Part shown: piece by piece, positions 39,541-49,001 of the stretch
Layout of the letters: every line of letters starts with the position of its first letter
Numbering within the stretch: the first letter of the stretch is position 1
Source: Candidatus Bathyarchaeia archaeon
GTDB lineage: Archaea; Thermoproteota; Bathyarchaeia; Bathyarchaeales; Bathycorpusculaceae
Direction of reading: 5' to 3'
Assembly: GCA_038883795.1 (NCBI GenBank)
Contig: JAVZLK010000007.1
Location: forward strand, 22,111 to 86,110
Length of the DNA: 64,000 nucleotides
Program-made: the position numbers and the translations under genes
Notes under the pieces: generated by a model
Told to the model about the DNA's origin: nothing
Seen by the model: only the letters and a program-made list of their open reading frames with translations
The model's database searches: none

Positions 39541-40185
39541 TCACCAGATTTTGTCCACTTTCAAATGGGTTAAATATCCACTTGTACCGTAAAGTGATAA
39601 AGAGATAACTTCAAGCATGTTTCCAACACTAATTGGAAATTTAACAAAAGCAAAAAATCCTAAGGCTAGAAGAAAAATTCCATAGACTGTTAAAGATTTA
39701 AAGTCGTGGAATGTTTCTTGCGTTTTCCAGCTTAGGCGTATTCCGGAAAATAAAATCCAGATTAGTAAAGGTGCAAACAATAAAATTGCATACTTTTTAT
39801 ACCATGGCAAATCTTCAGTTGCTTCTCCATCCTTCTTTCTTCTGTAGATAAAAGGCAAGTCTGGAAGGAAATTGCTATAGAAGAAAATTAATATTCCCCA
39901 AAGCATAGAGCCCAAAGCGTTTTCATTGAAAAAGTAGAAAAGTGAAAACACGTAGATGAGGCTTGCTGGCAAAATCATCCACTTAAACACTTCAATAACA
40001 GAGTGGACATGCTCTAAAGTTTCTTCTTCCATACGCCAAAGGGGAAACTTTGACCTAACCCTGCGGTTTAGGCTCTTAAAGGAGTGAAGCACAAAACCGA
40101 AAAGAGCATTGTATAAGCCAACAAGTATGCCTCGAAGCGCTTTAAAGAAGCCCTTAATTTTAGATTCCCTCGTAGCTATCGCCAC
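39541..40185 (-). CDS. Hypothetical membrane protein (possible metal-dependent hydrolase-like)
   Basis: About 5 TM; FLPD, TFH and YLTHL.VD motifs. Confidence 0.65.
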   Translation of the reverse strand: MAIATRESKIKGFFKALRGILVGLYNALFGFVLHSFKSLNRRVRSKFPLWRMEEETLEHVHSVIEVFKWMILPASLIYVFSLFYFFNENALGSMLWGILIFFYSNFLPDLPFIYRRKKDGEATEDLPWYKKYAILLFAPLLIWILFSGIRLSWKTQETFHDFKSLTVYGIFLLALGFFAFVKFPISVGNMLEVISLSLYGTSGYLTHLKVDKIW

Positions 40186-40234
40186 GTAACTGTCTCGCTA
40201 TTCATGTTTTTATCCATTACTTAAATTTTAAACG

Positions 40235-41590
40235 TCACATTTTAGAAATAAAATCTGTTATCTTCCTTTGGAAAAGCGCATTTTTCAACAGTTCGCTTTT
40301 CATAATCCACCGTTTTATTGGGATTTGGAATCTGTTTGCAATAAACTTTAAGGCTTCATCCAAAGTTTTGAAAGCGTAGGGTTTTTGGCGCATGGCATTC
40401 CTCACGTTTTCACGGACTTGCCAAACGCCCACGGGCATTATGTAGCCTGGATGCGCTTCCCGCAAGACTATGACTGCGGCTTGGCGTTGTTCTTTTACGA
40501 GGTGTTCGCAAACTGCTAGGCGTGCAGCGTAATAGCAGCCTCCAATTTCCGCGTAGGTTGTTCTTCCTTCGTAGCCTTCCCAATCAGAAAACATGACAAC
40601 GTTTCTGCCGCTTGGGTTCCAAACCGTTCCTGGATACCATGCTTCTATGGCTTCATAACTCCATGCGCTTGGAAGCATTAAAACTTCAAAAATGTTGTCC
40701 AAATAAACTGATTCGTAAACGCGGTATTCGCTTATTTCCGGAAAAGTTTTGACTTTCTCCATGAGCTCTTTTGAGATTATGCTGTCAACGGCTGTTATGC
40801 TCCAGCGGGTTGGCACAAAACGCCTATTTTTTTCTAAACCGAAGGAGCCAACGCTGAAAGCCCTTTGAATTTTGGTAACCAATACGCCTTTACTGTAAAG
40901 CTCCAAGACTGCTTCAGCCGCCCTCAAATCAGTATCATTATAGGCTTTCTCTATCTGATGATCCCAGCGAGCATTGCCAACAATTAAGTCTCGGATAGGC
41001 GCAGAAGGACCGAAGGGTTGAACCTCATCGTCTAAGAGTATGAAGCCTCTTGGCTTTTTCTTAAGGATAAGCTCAACGTCTACGGGTTTTACTGCCAGAG
41101 CCAATTCTCTGGTTTTGTCAATTATTTTCCCAGCTTTTTCAAACTTCTGCACGTGAACTCGATGTTTTCCACGGATAAGCAGGGAGCGAAAACCAACAAT
41201 TTCGTCTATGGATTTTCCAAACCAAAACTCCGGCAAATCATAAACGCTGGTATCCTCTTGAACTGGCGGAACAAGGGGACCAGCATAAACGTAGGGATAG
41301 CCAATCCTTCCAACAAAAACGCTTGGGGGAGAGGCGCCAGCAATGTCTTCGCTCTGCATTAGGGGCACACTTTTCAGGAAGTAGTTAGCTTTAACAATTA
41401 TTGGACAGCGGGTTTTACCACACAAAAAACGTGAACCCTTGCAGGCGACGCATAAGCCGCTCGACGAAGCCCTAGCAACCAAAAGGTTTTCATCAAATTT
41501 CACTTCCGCTCCAAGGTTTGAGTCTTTTAAAACGTCAAGTAACCAAACATTCGGCGAACACCTATCCACACGCCTTGGAGAAGACCACAA
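40235..41590 (-). CDS. nreA: Archaeal DNA repair protein Nre
   Basis: CVACKG..LCG..CP; SPPSVFVGRIGYP; VPTRWSITAVD; C-terminal PIP box QRKITDF. Confidence 0.9.
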   Translation of the reverse strand: MWSSPRRVDRCSPNVWLLDVLKDSNLGAEVKFDENLLVARASSSGLCVACKGSRFLCGKTRCPIIVKANYFLKSVPLMQSEDIAGASPPSVFVGRIGYPYVYAGPLVPPVQEDTSVYDLPEFWFGKSIDEIVGFRSLLIRGKHRVHVQKFEKAGKIIDKTRELALAVKPVDVELILKKKPRGFILLDDEVQPFGPSAPIRDLIVGNARWDHQIEKAYNDTDLRAAEAVLELYSKGVLVTKIQRAFSVGSFGLEKNRRFVPTRWSITAVDSIISKELMEKVKTFPEISEYRVYESVYLDNIFEVLMLPSAWSYEAIEAWYPGTVWNPSGRNVVMFSDWEGYEGRTTYAEIGGCYYAARLAVCEHLVKEQRQAAVIVLREAHPGYIMPVGVWQVRENVRNAMRQKPYAFKTLDEALKFIANRFQIPIKRWIMKSELLKNALFQRKITDFISKM

Positions 41591-41711
41591 CTTTACTCAT
41601 CAAAATTTGATTAAAACACATTCATATGCTTTCTGTTATTGACACTCATCCGAAAGAAAAACTTAACTGTTTACACATCAAAATTTAAGCTTCCAAAAAG
41701 AGGCGAAACCC

Positions 41712-42836
41712 ATGAAAGTGGATAAATTTTTGGTTGAAAGATTCATAGGCGCATATGAACATGAAGTGGAGCTTAATCTTGCAGAAACATGCGTTAACCC
41801 CTTCACCCTAGGCGAATTTCTAACCCTTATGGGTAGAGAAAAGTTTTTTGAAGAGCTTAAAGAAACCCAGCTTACATATGGTTTCGTTGACGGTTCTCCC
41901 GAACTTAGAAAAGGAATTGCAAAACTATACAAAAGTATGAAGCCAGAAAACATTCTCATTTCAGGAGGAGCCATAGGCGCCAACTTTCTTGTTTTTTACA
42001 CTCTTGTTGAGCCCGGAGACACGGTTATTTCCGTTTTTCCAGCCTATCAACAACTTTACAGCGTAGCCAAATCTTTTGGCGCCAATGTTAAACTATTAAA
42101 ATTACGTGAAGAAAATCATTGGTTGCCAGATGTTAACGAATTATCTGAACTTGTTGACGACAAAACCAAACTAATAGTGCTCATAAACCCCCACAACCCA
42201 ACAGGAAGCCTCATCCACGATAAGCTTTTGAAAGAAATCTGCGCTGTTGCAGAAGATGCAGGCGCATATTTACTCTGCGACGAAGCCTATAGGGGCCTTT
42301 ACATAAACCCTAACGATTATGTTCCATCTGCTGTAGATTTAAGCGATAACGCCATAGCAACAGGATCCTTTTCCAAGGTTTTTTCACTTACAGGTTTAAG
42401 GTTGGGGTGGATAGCAGCCAACGAAGAGATTATTGAGGAATGCAAACTTCATAGGGATTATACAACAATCAGCAATGGTTTAATAGATGATACCCTCGCA
42501 ACCCTCGCCGTTAAAAACGTGGATAAAATCTTTAAACGCAACCTAAAAATCATCCGCACCAACCACCAAATTCTCTTTCAATGGATTGAAAATGAACCCT
42601 TAATCGACTGGGTTCCTTCAAAAGCAGGAAGTATCGCCTTCCTCCGCTATAAACTAAAAATATCATCAGAAACTCTATGCCTACGCCTAATAAAAGAAAA
42701 GGGAACACTGCTTGTTCCAGGCTCATGCTTCGGAATGGAAGGATACTTACGAATTGGTTATGGATGCAAAACCGAAACATTAGAAGAAGGATTAGCAAGA
42801 TTCAAAGATTTCCTAAACTCTCACCGTAAAAGCTAA
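41712..42836 (+). CDS. PLP-dependent class I/II aminotransferase-fold enzyme
   Basis: NPHNPTG, DEAY and SFSKVFSLTGLRLGW motifs. Confidence 0.9.
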   Translation: MKVDKFLVERFIGAYEHEVELNLAETCVNPFTLGEFLTLMGREKFFEELKETQLTYGFVDGSPELRKGIAKLYKSMKPENILISGGAIGANFLVFYTLVEPGDTVISVFPAYQQLYSVAKSFGANVKLLKLREENHWLPDVNELSELVDDKTKLIVLINPHNPTGSLIHDKLLKEICAVAEDAGAYLLCDEAYRGLYINPNDYVPSAVDLSDNAIATGSFSKVFSLTGLRLGWIAANEEIIEECKLHRDYTTISNGLIDDTLATLAVKNVDKIFKRNLKIIRTNHQILFQWIENEPLIDWVPSKAGSIAFLRYKLKISSETLCLRLIKEKGTLLVPGSCFGMEGYLRIGYGCKTETLEEGLARFKDFLNSHRKS

Positions 42837-42853
42837 GCAATCCATAAAAATTT

Positions 42854-42931
42854 TGGCGCCCTGGCCGGGATTTGAACCCGGGTCTAGCGGGCGACAGCCG
42901 CTTATACTAGACCGGACTATACTACCAGGGC
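42854..42931 (-). tRNA. tRNA-Asp(GTC), CCA encoded
   Basis: Cloverleaf; anticodon arm AGCGG-CTGTCGC-CCGCT; T loop TTCAAAT. Confidence 0.95.
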
Positions 42932-43050
42932 TGTTGATGCGAGATGTCGAAAGAATAGAGGAGATTTTTGATTAATTAAGTTTTCTTGAGTTTATAGGTT
43001 AGAAATAATTTCGTTAGGCTTATGTAAAAGTTTAGTTTCATTAACAACTT

Positions 43051-43968
43051 ATGATTTCGATAATTGGTGCTGGAAAAGTTGGGAGTTCTGCCGCTTTTAG
43101 GATTTTGGAATTTAGAATTAGCGATGTTGTTTTAATAGACATAGCTGAAAATTTGGCGCATGGCGAGGCCTTGGATATGATGCAAGCCGCCCCCGCCATA
43201 GAGTTTGATGGAAAAATAAAGGGAACAAGCGATTTTAGCGAAATGGAAGGCTCAGAACTTGTGATTGTAACGGCTGGAGAAGCCCGAAAACCTGGAATAA
43301 GCCGATTAGACCTCATGGCCAAAAATGCAAGGATAGTAAAATCTATAGTTAAGGAGGTTGTCAAATACGCTCCAGACTGCAAACTCATGATGGTAACAAA
43401 CCCAGTGGACGTCATGACCTACATTGCCTATAAAGAGTCTGGGTTTGAAAGAAACCGAGTCTTCGGCATGGGAAACATATTAGATACGCTTCGTTTCAGA
43501 TCTTACATTGCCTTAGAACTTGGCGTTTCAAGAGAAGACATTCGCGCCCTCGTCATTGGAGAACATGGAGACTCCATGGTGCCCCTTGTAAATTATGCCT
43601 CTGTTTCCGGAATACCAATAACCGCTTTACTTAGTAAGGAGCAAATTGAAAAAATAGTTAATTTGACAAGAACTTCGGGCGCTGATGTCATCAAGCTTAA
43701 AGGCGCAACCACCTATGCGCCAGCAGTCGTAATTGCGGTAATGACTGACGCTGTTTTGAGGGGCAGAAACCGTGTTATGAGCGTTTCAACATACCTACGA
43801 GGCGAATACGGATTTTCAGACGTTTCCATTGGCGTGCCTTGCATTCTCGGAAAAAACGGCGTAGAAAAAATTTTGGAGCTCAAATTAGATTTTGAAGCAA
43901 AAGAAGAGTTCAAAAAATCTGTTGCTATCGTAAAAGAAGCCATAGAAAAAATGAAAGAGATAACGTAA
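43051..43968 (+). CDS. mdh: Malate dehydrogenase (LDH-like)
   Basis: IIGAGKVG, RKPGISRLDL, TNPVD, LDTLRF and GEHGD motifs. Confidence 0.92.
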   Translation: MISIIGAGKVGSSAAFRILEFRISDVVLIDIAENLAHGEALDMMQAAPAIEFDGKIKGTSDFSEMEGSELVIVTAGEARKPGISRLDLMAKNARIVKSIVKEVVKYAPDCKLMMVTNPVDVMTYIAYKESGFERNRVFGMGNILDTLRFRSYIALELGVSREDIRALVIGEHGDSMVPLVNYASVSGIPITALLSKEQIEKIVNLTRTSGADVIKLKGATTYAPAVVIAVMTDAVLRGRNRVMSVSTYLRGEYGFSDVSIGVPCILGKNGVEKILELKLDFEAKEEFKKSVAIVKEAIEKMKEIT

Positions 43969-43972
43969 AAAA

Positions 43973-44797
43973 TCATATAGGTATGGAGCGGTGCGCATAT
44001 AACCTGTACACAAACATTAAAAGAGCAACTATTCCAGTCCAAAATGTTACCACACGAACCGCTGTTTGGTTCACGCCATGCACATTAATGTATGTTGGAT
44101 CATGAATTAAGAAAACGGCACAAAACACGAAAATGCCAATGGTTGCTGCAGCTAAAACATCAAGGAAACGCTCTTTTCTATAAACTGGAATTTCTGAGAC
44201 ACTCCGTGGCAGCACTTTCCGAAAGGCTAATGCTGTTATAATTAGTAGAAAAGCAACGATGATGTAAGCTGAAGGGGAAATCCGCGGAGCTTCGGGCATG
44301 TTTAATTGGATGCTTATGCGAAAAGCTAAACCAACAATTATGAGAACTGCCAAAAAAGCTGTTTGCTGTACCTTTGAAAGCAGTTTATGGTTCCAGTTTC
44401 GAGGAAAGAGGCGATTTGCAAGGTAAAATGTTAAAACGCCTTGAACAGCGCCCCACCAAACAAAATTAACAAAAAATAGGGCAAGCCAGTTTATGCCAAA
44501 AGCTTGCGGTTCCACAAACTGGGTAGCAGGCACGAACAAAGTGAAGGCTGTGCCGAAAAAGAAGCCTACAAGCAAAAGATGATAATCACGAAAACGATAT
44601 CTTGTAATTAAATCTTCAACCAACACGAAATATGGAAAATAAACTAAAAACAAGAAGAATGGGAGAATGGAATGGACAAGCAAATTGTTAATGCCACGCA
44701 TAGAATACTCAAAAAGCAAGTTAAAACTCACAGCAACAAACACAATTTTCCAACGATTTAACACGTTTTTATCAGTCATCAACATGACCCAACTCAT
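43973..44797 (-). CDS. Hypothetical multi-pass membrane protein
   Basis: About 8 hydrophobic segments; start moved downstream of tRNA-Ser (ATG 44797, 44785 or 44779). Confidence 0.7.
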   Translation of the reverse strand: MSWVMLMTDKNVLNRWKIVFVAVSFNLLFEYSMRGINNLLVHSILPFFLFLVYFPYFVLVEDLITRYRFRDYHLLLVGFFFGTAFTLFVPATQFVEPQAFGINWLALFFVNFVWWGAVQGVLTFYLANRLFPRNWNHKLLSKVQQTAFLAVLIIVGLAFRISIQLNMPEAPRISPSAYIIVAFLLIITALAFRKVLPRSVSEIPVYRKERFLDVLAAATIGIFVFCAVFLIHDPTYINVHGVNQTAVRVVTFWTGIVALLMFVYRLYAHRSIPI

Positions 44798-44806
44798 TAT
44801 GGATTT

Positions 44807-44918
44807 TGGCGCCGGGGGTGGGATTTGAACCCACGCGGCCCCGAGGGGCCACAGGCTGAATGGCGTTTTAACGCTTTTGTCTCCAGGCCTGCTCCATACC
44901 TGACTAGGAGACCCCGGC
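44807..44918 (-). tRNA. tRNA-Ser(GGA) with 23-nt intron at 37/38 (44858..44880), CCA encoded
   Basis: Acceptor GCCGGGG/CCCCGGC; anticodon arm CAGGC-CTGGAG[intron]A-GCCTG; long variable arm GGCCCC-TC-GGGGCC. Confidence 0.9.
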
Positions 44919-45030
44919 ACGTTTTGTTCATGTTTATTTTGGTTTTTTGGTTTATTATGGTTTCTAAGCGTTTTTGTTTGAAAAGGTTTATATGTTGGGT
45001 TTTGAATGTGTGTGGGAAAATGGATCGCCT

Positions 45031-45981
45031 ATGGAGCCTTTGATTTTAGGCGCCATTGCCTTCATCATAAGTTTGTTGCTCCTGTATGTTGGCGCTAAAA
45101 AAACTTTGCAGGGAGCCGTTTGCTTAGCCAACAGTCTATATATCAATAAGGTTGTGGCTGGTACGGTTGTTGTGGCGTCTATTACTGCTTTGCCAGAGTT
45201 GATGAGTTCGCTTGTGGCGGTTTTTTGGGAGTCTTCCCATTTGGCGCTTGGAAACCTTATAGGCTCGAACATTTACAATGTGCCATTAATCATTGGGTTA
45301 TGTGGTTTAATAAGAGAGTTTAAGATGAAAAATTCCTCGGTTGTGACTGAAAGCGCTTTCATGATTGCTTTAAGTTCGTTTTTTGCCCTAACTATAATCT
45401 TAACTGGTCAGGTTACATGGTGGTTGGGTCTCATTTTCTTATTTGCATATCCACTTTTCATCTATTATTCGATTCGAAAGTCAAACAACAATCATGAGGG
45501 GGACGGAAATGGCAATCCAAAGAAGGCTTTGGTTTACGTGATTTTCGGTGGCGCTGTCCTTTTAAGCGGCACAGTATTGCTTGTCCGCAGCGCTTTACTC
45601 ATAAGTGAAGCTTTTGGTTTAAAGGAGTTTTATGTGGGGCTCACAATAACCGCAGTGGGATGCATAATTCCAGAAGCCGCAGTTTCCATATTCGCTGCTT
45701 TACAAGGGGAACAAGAAATTTCCATCGGCAACGTTATTGGAGACAACATTATAACAATCACTTTGGTTTTTGGTTTAATAGCCATAATAGTTCCTTTGAG
45801 GGGACATTCTTTTGATGTTGCGCTTCCAGAAATTCTAACAACCGTGCCGTTCATGGTGCTTGTCACGGTCTTATTGCTTTTTATGAGTAGGGCACATCAA
45901 AGAATTACTAAACCATTAAGTATTCTAATGTTAGTCATCGCTGCAATAAGTTTCATAACCCAAACAATTTTCCTAACGTAA
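45031..45981 (+). CDS. Sodium:calcium exchanger family protein (second paralog)
   Basis: TALPE..GNLIGSN and CIIPE..GNVIGDN repeats; start set at ATG 45031. Confidence 0.85.
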   Translation: MEPLILGAIAFIISLLLLYVGAKKTLQGAVCLANSLYINKVVAGTVVVASITALPELMSSLVAVFWESSHLALGNLIGSNIYNVPLIIGLCGLIREFKMKNSSVVTESAFMIALSSFFALTIILTGQVTWWLGLIFLFAYPLFIYYSIRKSNNNHEGDGNGNPKKALVYVIFGGAVLLSGTVLLVRSALLISEAFGLKEFYVGLTITAVGCIIPEAAVSIFAALQGEQEISIGNVIGDNIITITLVFGLIAIIVPLRGHSFDVALPEILTTVPFMVLVTVLLLFMSRAHQRITKPLSILMLVIAAISFITQTIFLT

Positions 45982-46041
45982 ACAAAATTGGGGTGGTTAC
46001 CGTTTTAAACTTCATTCTACATAAAACTATAATGGTGAGCG

Positions 46042-46266
46042 TTGTTGAAAGTGAACAAGAAGTATGCGACGGTTTTGTTTGGGGTTTTCATGTCGTTAGG
46101 CATGTCCTTCTCTCAGTCTTTAATCATTAGCATAATAAATTTGAGAGGTTTCTACTTGGAAAGGTGGCTTTTGGCATTTGCCCTAGGCTTTGCCGTGAGT
46201 CTCCCCACATCCTTGGCTATAATTCCAATAGTGCAGAGAATCGTAAAAAAATTAACTATAGATTAG
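46042..46266 (+). CDS. Small 2-TM protein (DUF2798-like)
   Basis: FMSLGMS..WLLAF..FAVSLP..PIV pattern. Confidence 0.65.
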   Translation: MLKVNKKYATVLFGVFMSLGMSFSQSLIISIINLRGFYLERWLLAFALGFAVSLPTSLAIIPIVQRIVKKLTID

Positions 46267-46879
46267 AATGACACTTTTCTGCCATTAAAACGCGGTAACC
46301 ACTCTTTCTTGCTAGAATTTGGAAATTTCCAAAGGCTTCTTCAAAAAATGATTGAAGTCTTTCTTTGCCAATTTTTGATTTTACAACCATTTGAAACACG
46401 CCATTAAAAGCCAAATGTTCTGGTGCTCCAGAAATTATTGCCTTTAAAGTTTTCATTCCAGCGCTCACCGGAGGGTTAGAAAGAATGCAGTTAAAGGTTA
46501 AGCCTTTAACAGGCTCATAGAGGTTTCCATGCCTAACCTCCGCATTTTTTACATGGTTAATTTCAATGTTCTTTTTTGCAAGCCAAACCGCCCGAGTGTT
46601 CACATCCACCATTACAACATGCAAATTTGGATTAAAAGCGGCAGCGGCAATCCCAACAGCTCCATAACCGCATCCAACATCTAAAACATAACCCTCTTCA
46701 GGTAGAAGCATGGATTCAATAAGCACTCTTGTGCCCAAATCCACACGCCTTTTGGAGAAGACGCCCGAGGCTGTTAAAAATTGGAAGGGAATTCCACGGA
46801 TGTTTGCGTGTATTATTCCAAGCTTAAGCTTAGATTTTGGATGTTCTTGGAAATAGTGGTTTACGCTTTTCTTTTGCAT
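46256..46879 (-). CDS. RsmC-like small SAM methyltransferase
   Basis: HYF, GVFS..VDLGT, LDVGCGYG and SNPP motifs. Confidence 0.88.
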   Translation of the reverse strand: MQKKSVNHYFQEHPKSKLKLGIIHANIRGIPFQFLTASGVFSKRRVDLGTRVLIESMLLPEEGYVLDVGCGYGAVGIAAAAFNPNLHVVMVDVNTRAVWLAKKNIEINHVKNAEVRHGNLYEPVKGLTFNCILSNPPVSAGMKTLKAIISGAPEHLAFNGVFQMVVKSKIGKERLQSFFEEAFGNFQILARKSGYRVLMAEKCHSNL

Positions 46880-47903
46880 TTATATTTCGCCGCTTTTCCA
46901 GCATTTTGGGTATGTGCCTCTATTCATTAGTACTCTTTCGGTTTTGGCGACAACTCCATGGCCCATTTTGAAAATTTCTTCTGTGGAAGCCGCTGCTTTG
47001 GCTAGGGCAACTGCTTCGCCCTTTAAGGTGAGGATGGCAACTATGGAATCCGTGTTTATTCCAGTTTCAAGGGATAAAACTCCAGGCGCTGTTAGGCTTG
47101 CTCCGTGGCAGATGGCGTCGACAGCCGAGTCTCTAACGTAAATTTTTGGAATTAGCGCTAAAGCCCTTTCCATTGGTTGGATAAATTTGCGCAGGAGCTG
47201 TTCGTCTTTTTGTTTTTGCCACTCCATAAACCAGTAAGCCACATCATGCAATGTTACAATATCCCCATTTTCAGTGAATGGGCCAGCCCTTGTTCTGCGA
47301 AGTTCCTGCATGTGCGCTCCGCATCCCAAAACTTCTCCTATGTCAAAGCAGAGCTTACGAATATATGTTCCTCCTTCACATCCCACCTTGAAAAGGACAT
47401 TACGTCCATCCATTTCCAGAAAATCTATGTAATAGATTCTTCTCGTCCTCAGTTGACGCTTAACAGAAGCCCTCAAGGGTGGTCTCTGATAAATTGTGTC
47501 CTCAAACTCGCTTAAGACTTCCCTAACCCTTTGCTCAGCCATGTCGCCGTGAAGTTTCATTAGGCAAACGTATTCTTTGCCACTGTAAAGCAGGGCTTGA
47601 ACGACTTTTCTGGATTCCTCTATGGTTATGGGTAAGACGCCGGTCACTTTGGGATTTCTCTGGCTTTTAAGCCTCTAGAGTCCCGCCGTGACCGACGCTT
47701 TGAAGGTTGAGGATGCGTTTAACCCATGCAGCAACTTCATGACTTGTTGGACCCGCTGGCTTATCAAGGTTTATGACGCCATATTTTATGTAGTCTTCTG
47801 CTGGTCTCTCTTCTGGTTTATGCCCGTAACGTGGGTTTGTTTTATCCTCAGCCTTCACCAATAGCTGGCGCTTAATTTCCCATGGAGCAACTGTTCTAGG
47901 CAT
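46880..47903 (-). CDS. cbf5: H/ACA pseudouridine synthase Cbf5, two exons (47903..47675 and 47655..46880), 334 aa after splicing
   Basis: NLDKPAGPTSHEV; GHGGTL|DPKVTG restored by removing 19 nt; GTYIRKLC; C-terminal PUA domain; follows rpl14e; exact start codon uncertain. Confidence 0.93.
47656..47674 (-). other. 19-nt bulge-helix-bulge mRNA intron in cbf5
   Basis: RNA folds as GGGA-CUCU-[AG^A]-GGCU-UAAA-AGCC-AGAG-[AA^A]-UCCC, a strict BHB; excision yields CUA GAU CCC. Confidence 0.92.
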
Positions 47904-47958
47904 ATGTGGATGCATCACTCCTAACAATGTAAGAAAAGACTTAAGGAGTATAAGAGGC

Positions 47959-48249
47959 TTAAACTATGCCAATTGCTGGCTTAACCATCTGCACCATTTC
48001 TTCCAGCTTGCCAGCAGCTTTTAATGCTTCTATCACTTCTTCGTCTGAAGCTCCCCGCTTAATAGCTATTTTTTCTTGGAGGGGTTCAATGTGGTTTATG
48101 TTTGCCCTCCGCCTTTTTACGCCCGTAACATTTTTTGGTCCAGTTATTAATACGAAGCTCTTATCAATTATATCCACTATAACGCATTTTCTCCCAGCCT
48201 CTCGCCCAGTCAGCTTAACACAGATTCTGCCAACCTCTATCGCTGGCAC
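47959..48249 (-). CDS. rpl14e: 50S ribosomal protein L14e
   Basis: [46 protein letters not shown]. Confidence 0.97.
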   Translation of the reverse strand: MPAIEVGRICVKLTGREAGRKCVIVDIIDKSFVLITGPKNVTGVKRRRANINHIEPLQEKIAIKRGASDEEVIEALKAAGKLEEMVQMVKPAIGIV

Positions 48250-48326
48250 ATCCTAAGCCTCCTTAACATGCGTAATAGAAACCGTTGTAGACATATATTT
48301 ATTGGTTGCCCCAATAAGAGTTAGGC

Positions 48327-49001
48327 TTGATTGAATTGAAGATAGGATTAGTAACAATTGGGCAGTCGCCGAGGACAGATGTAACGCCGATTTTAAGAAA
48401 TACGCTTGGTTCGAAGGTTGAGCTCATTGAAAAAGGCGCCTTGGATGGCTTAACAAAGAAGGAAATTGAAAAGTTGGCTCCAGCAGCACGAGATTATGTA
48501 TTGGTTACACGATTAAATAATGGAACATCTGTTAAGGTAGCAAGGAGGCATATTGTTCCCAGAATTCAAAAATGCATAAGAGAGCTTGAAGAAATGGATG
48601 TTGATTTAAATCTGCTTTTGTGCACAGGAGAATTTCCCAGTTTTAAGGCGAAAAAGCCTTTGATAATGCTAGACAAACTAATCTCCAACGTTGTTCAATG
48701 TGTGAAGGGCGGAAAAATTGGCGTAGTTGTTCCAGAAATGGAGCAAATATCCCAAATTAAAAGGCGATGGAAAAGCTTGGGATTGTCTATTATTATAACC
48801 AGCGCTAATCCTTATGGCGAAAATGAAGCCTTTGAAGAGGCTGCCAAATTTTTGGCCAAAGAAAATGTGGATTTGATAGTTTTGGATTGTATTGGATATA
48901 CCCCAAAAGTTAAGGATTTATTTGGACGCTTAACTGAGAAACCTGTTTTGTTGCCGCAGACGATTCTTGGAAGCATATTAATGGATTTAATTAAGTCATG
49001 A
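48327..49001 (+). CDS. AroM-family protein
   Basis: VTIGQSPRTD, LVTRL, LLCTGEF and LDCIGY motifs. Confidence 0.85.
   Translation: MIELKIGLVTIGQSPRTDVTPILRNTLGSKVELIEKGALDGLTKKEIEKLAPAARDYVLVTRLNNGTSVKVARRHIVPRIQKCIRELEEMDVDLNLLLCTGEFPSFKAKKPLIMLDKLISNVVQCVKGGKIGVVVPEMEQISQIKRRWKSLGLSIIITSANPYGENEAFEEAAKFLAKENVDLIVLDCIGYTPKVKDLFGRLTEKPVLLPQTILGSILMDLIKS

Noticed and set aside
44807-44918. tRNA-Sec interpretation (TTCA near the anticodon stem, long variable arm)
   Set aside because: The TTCA spans the intron end and position 38 and cannot form a 7-nt loop with a central TCA. The acceptor stem is 7 bp and the GGA anticodon fits Ser. fwdB and hdrA/mvhD have Cys and no in-frame TGA.
44798-44920. 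N-terminal extension of ORF 43973..44920
   Set aside because: It is a translation of the tRNA-Ser gene; the real start is downstream.
46880-47927. cbf5 as a pseudogene or two separate proteins
   Set aside because: Precise BHB excision restores the frame and the catalytic Asp.
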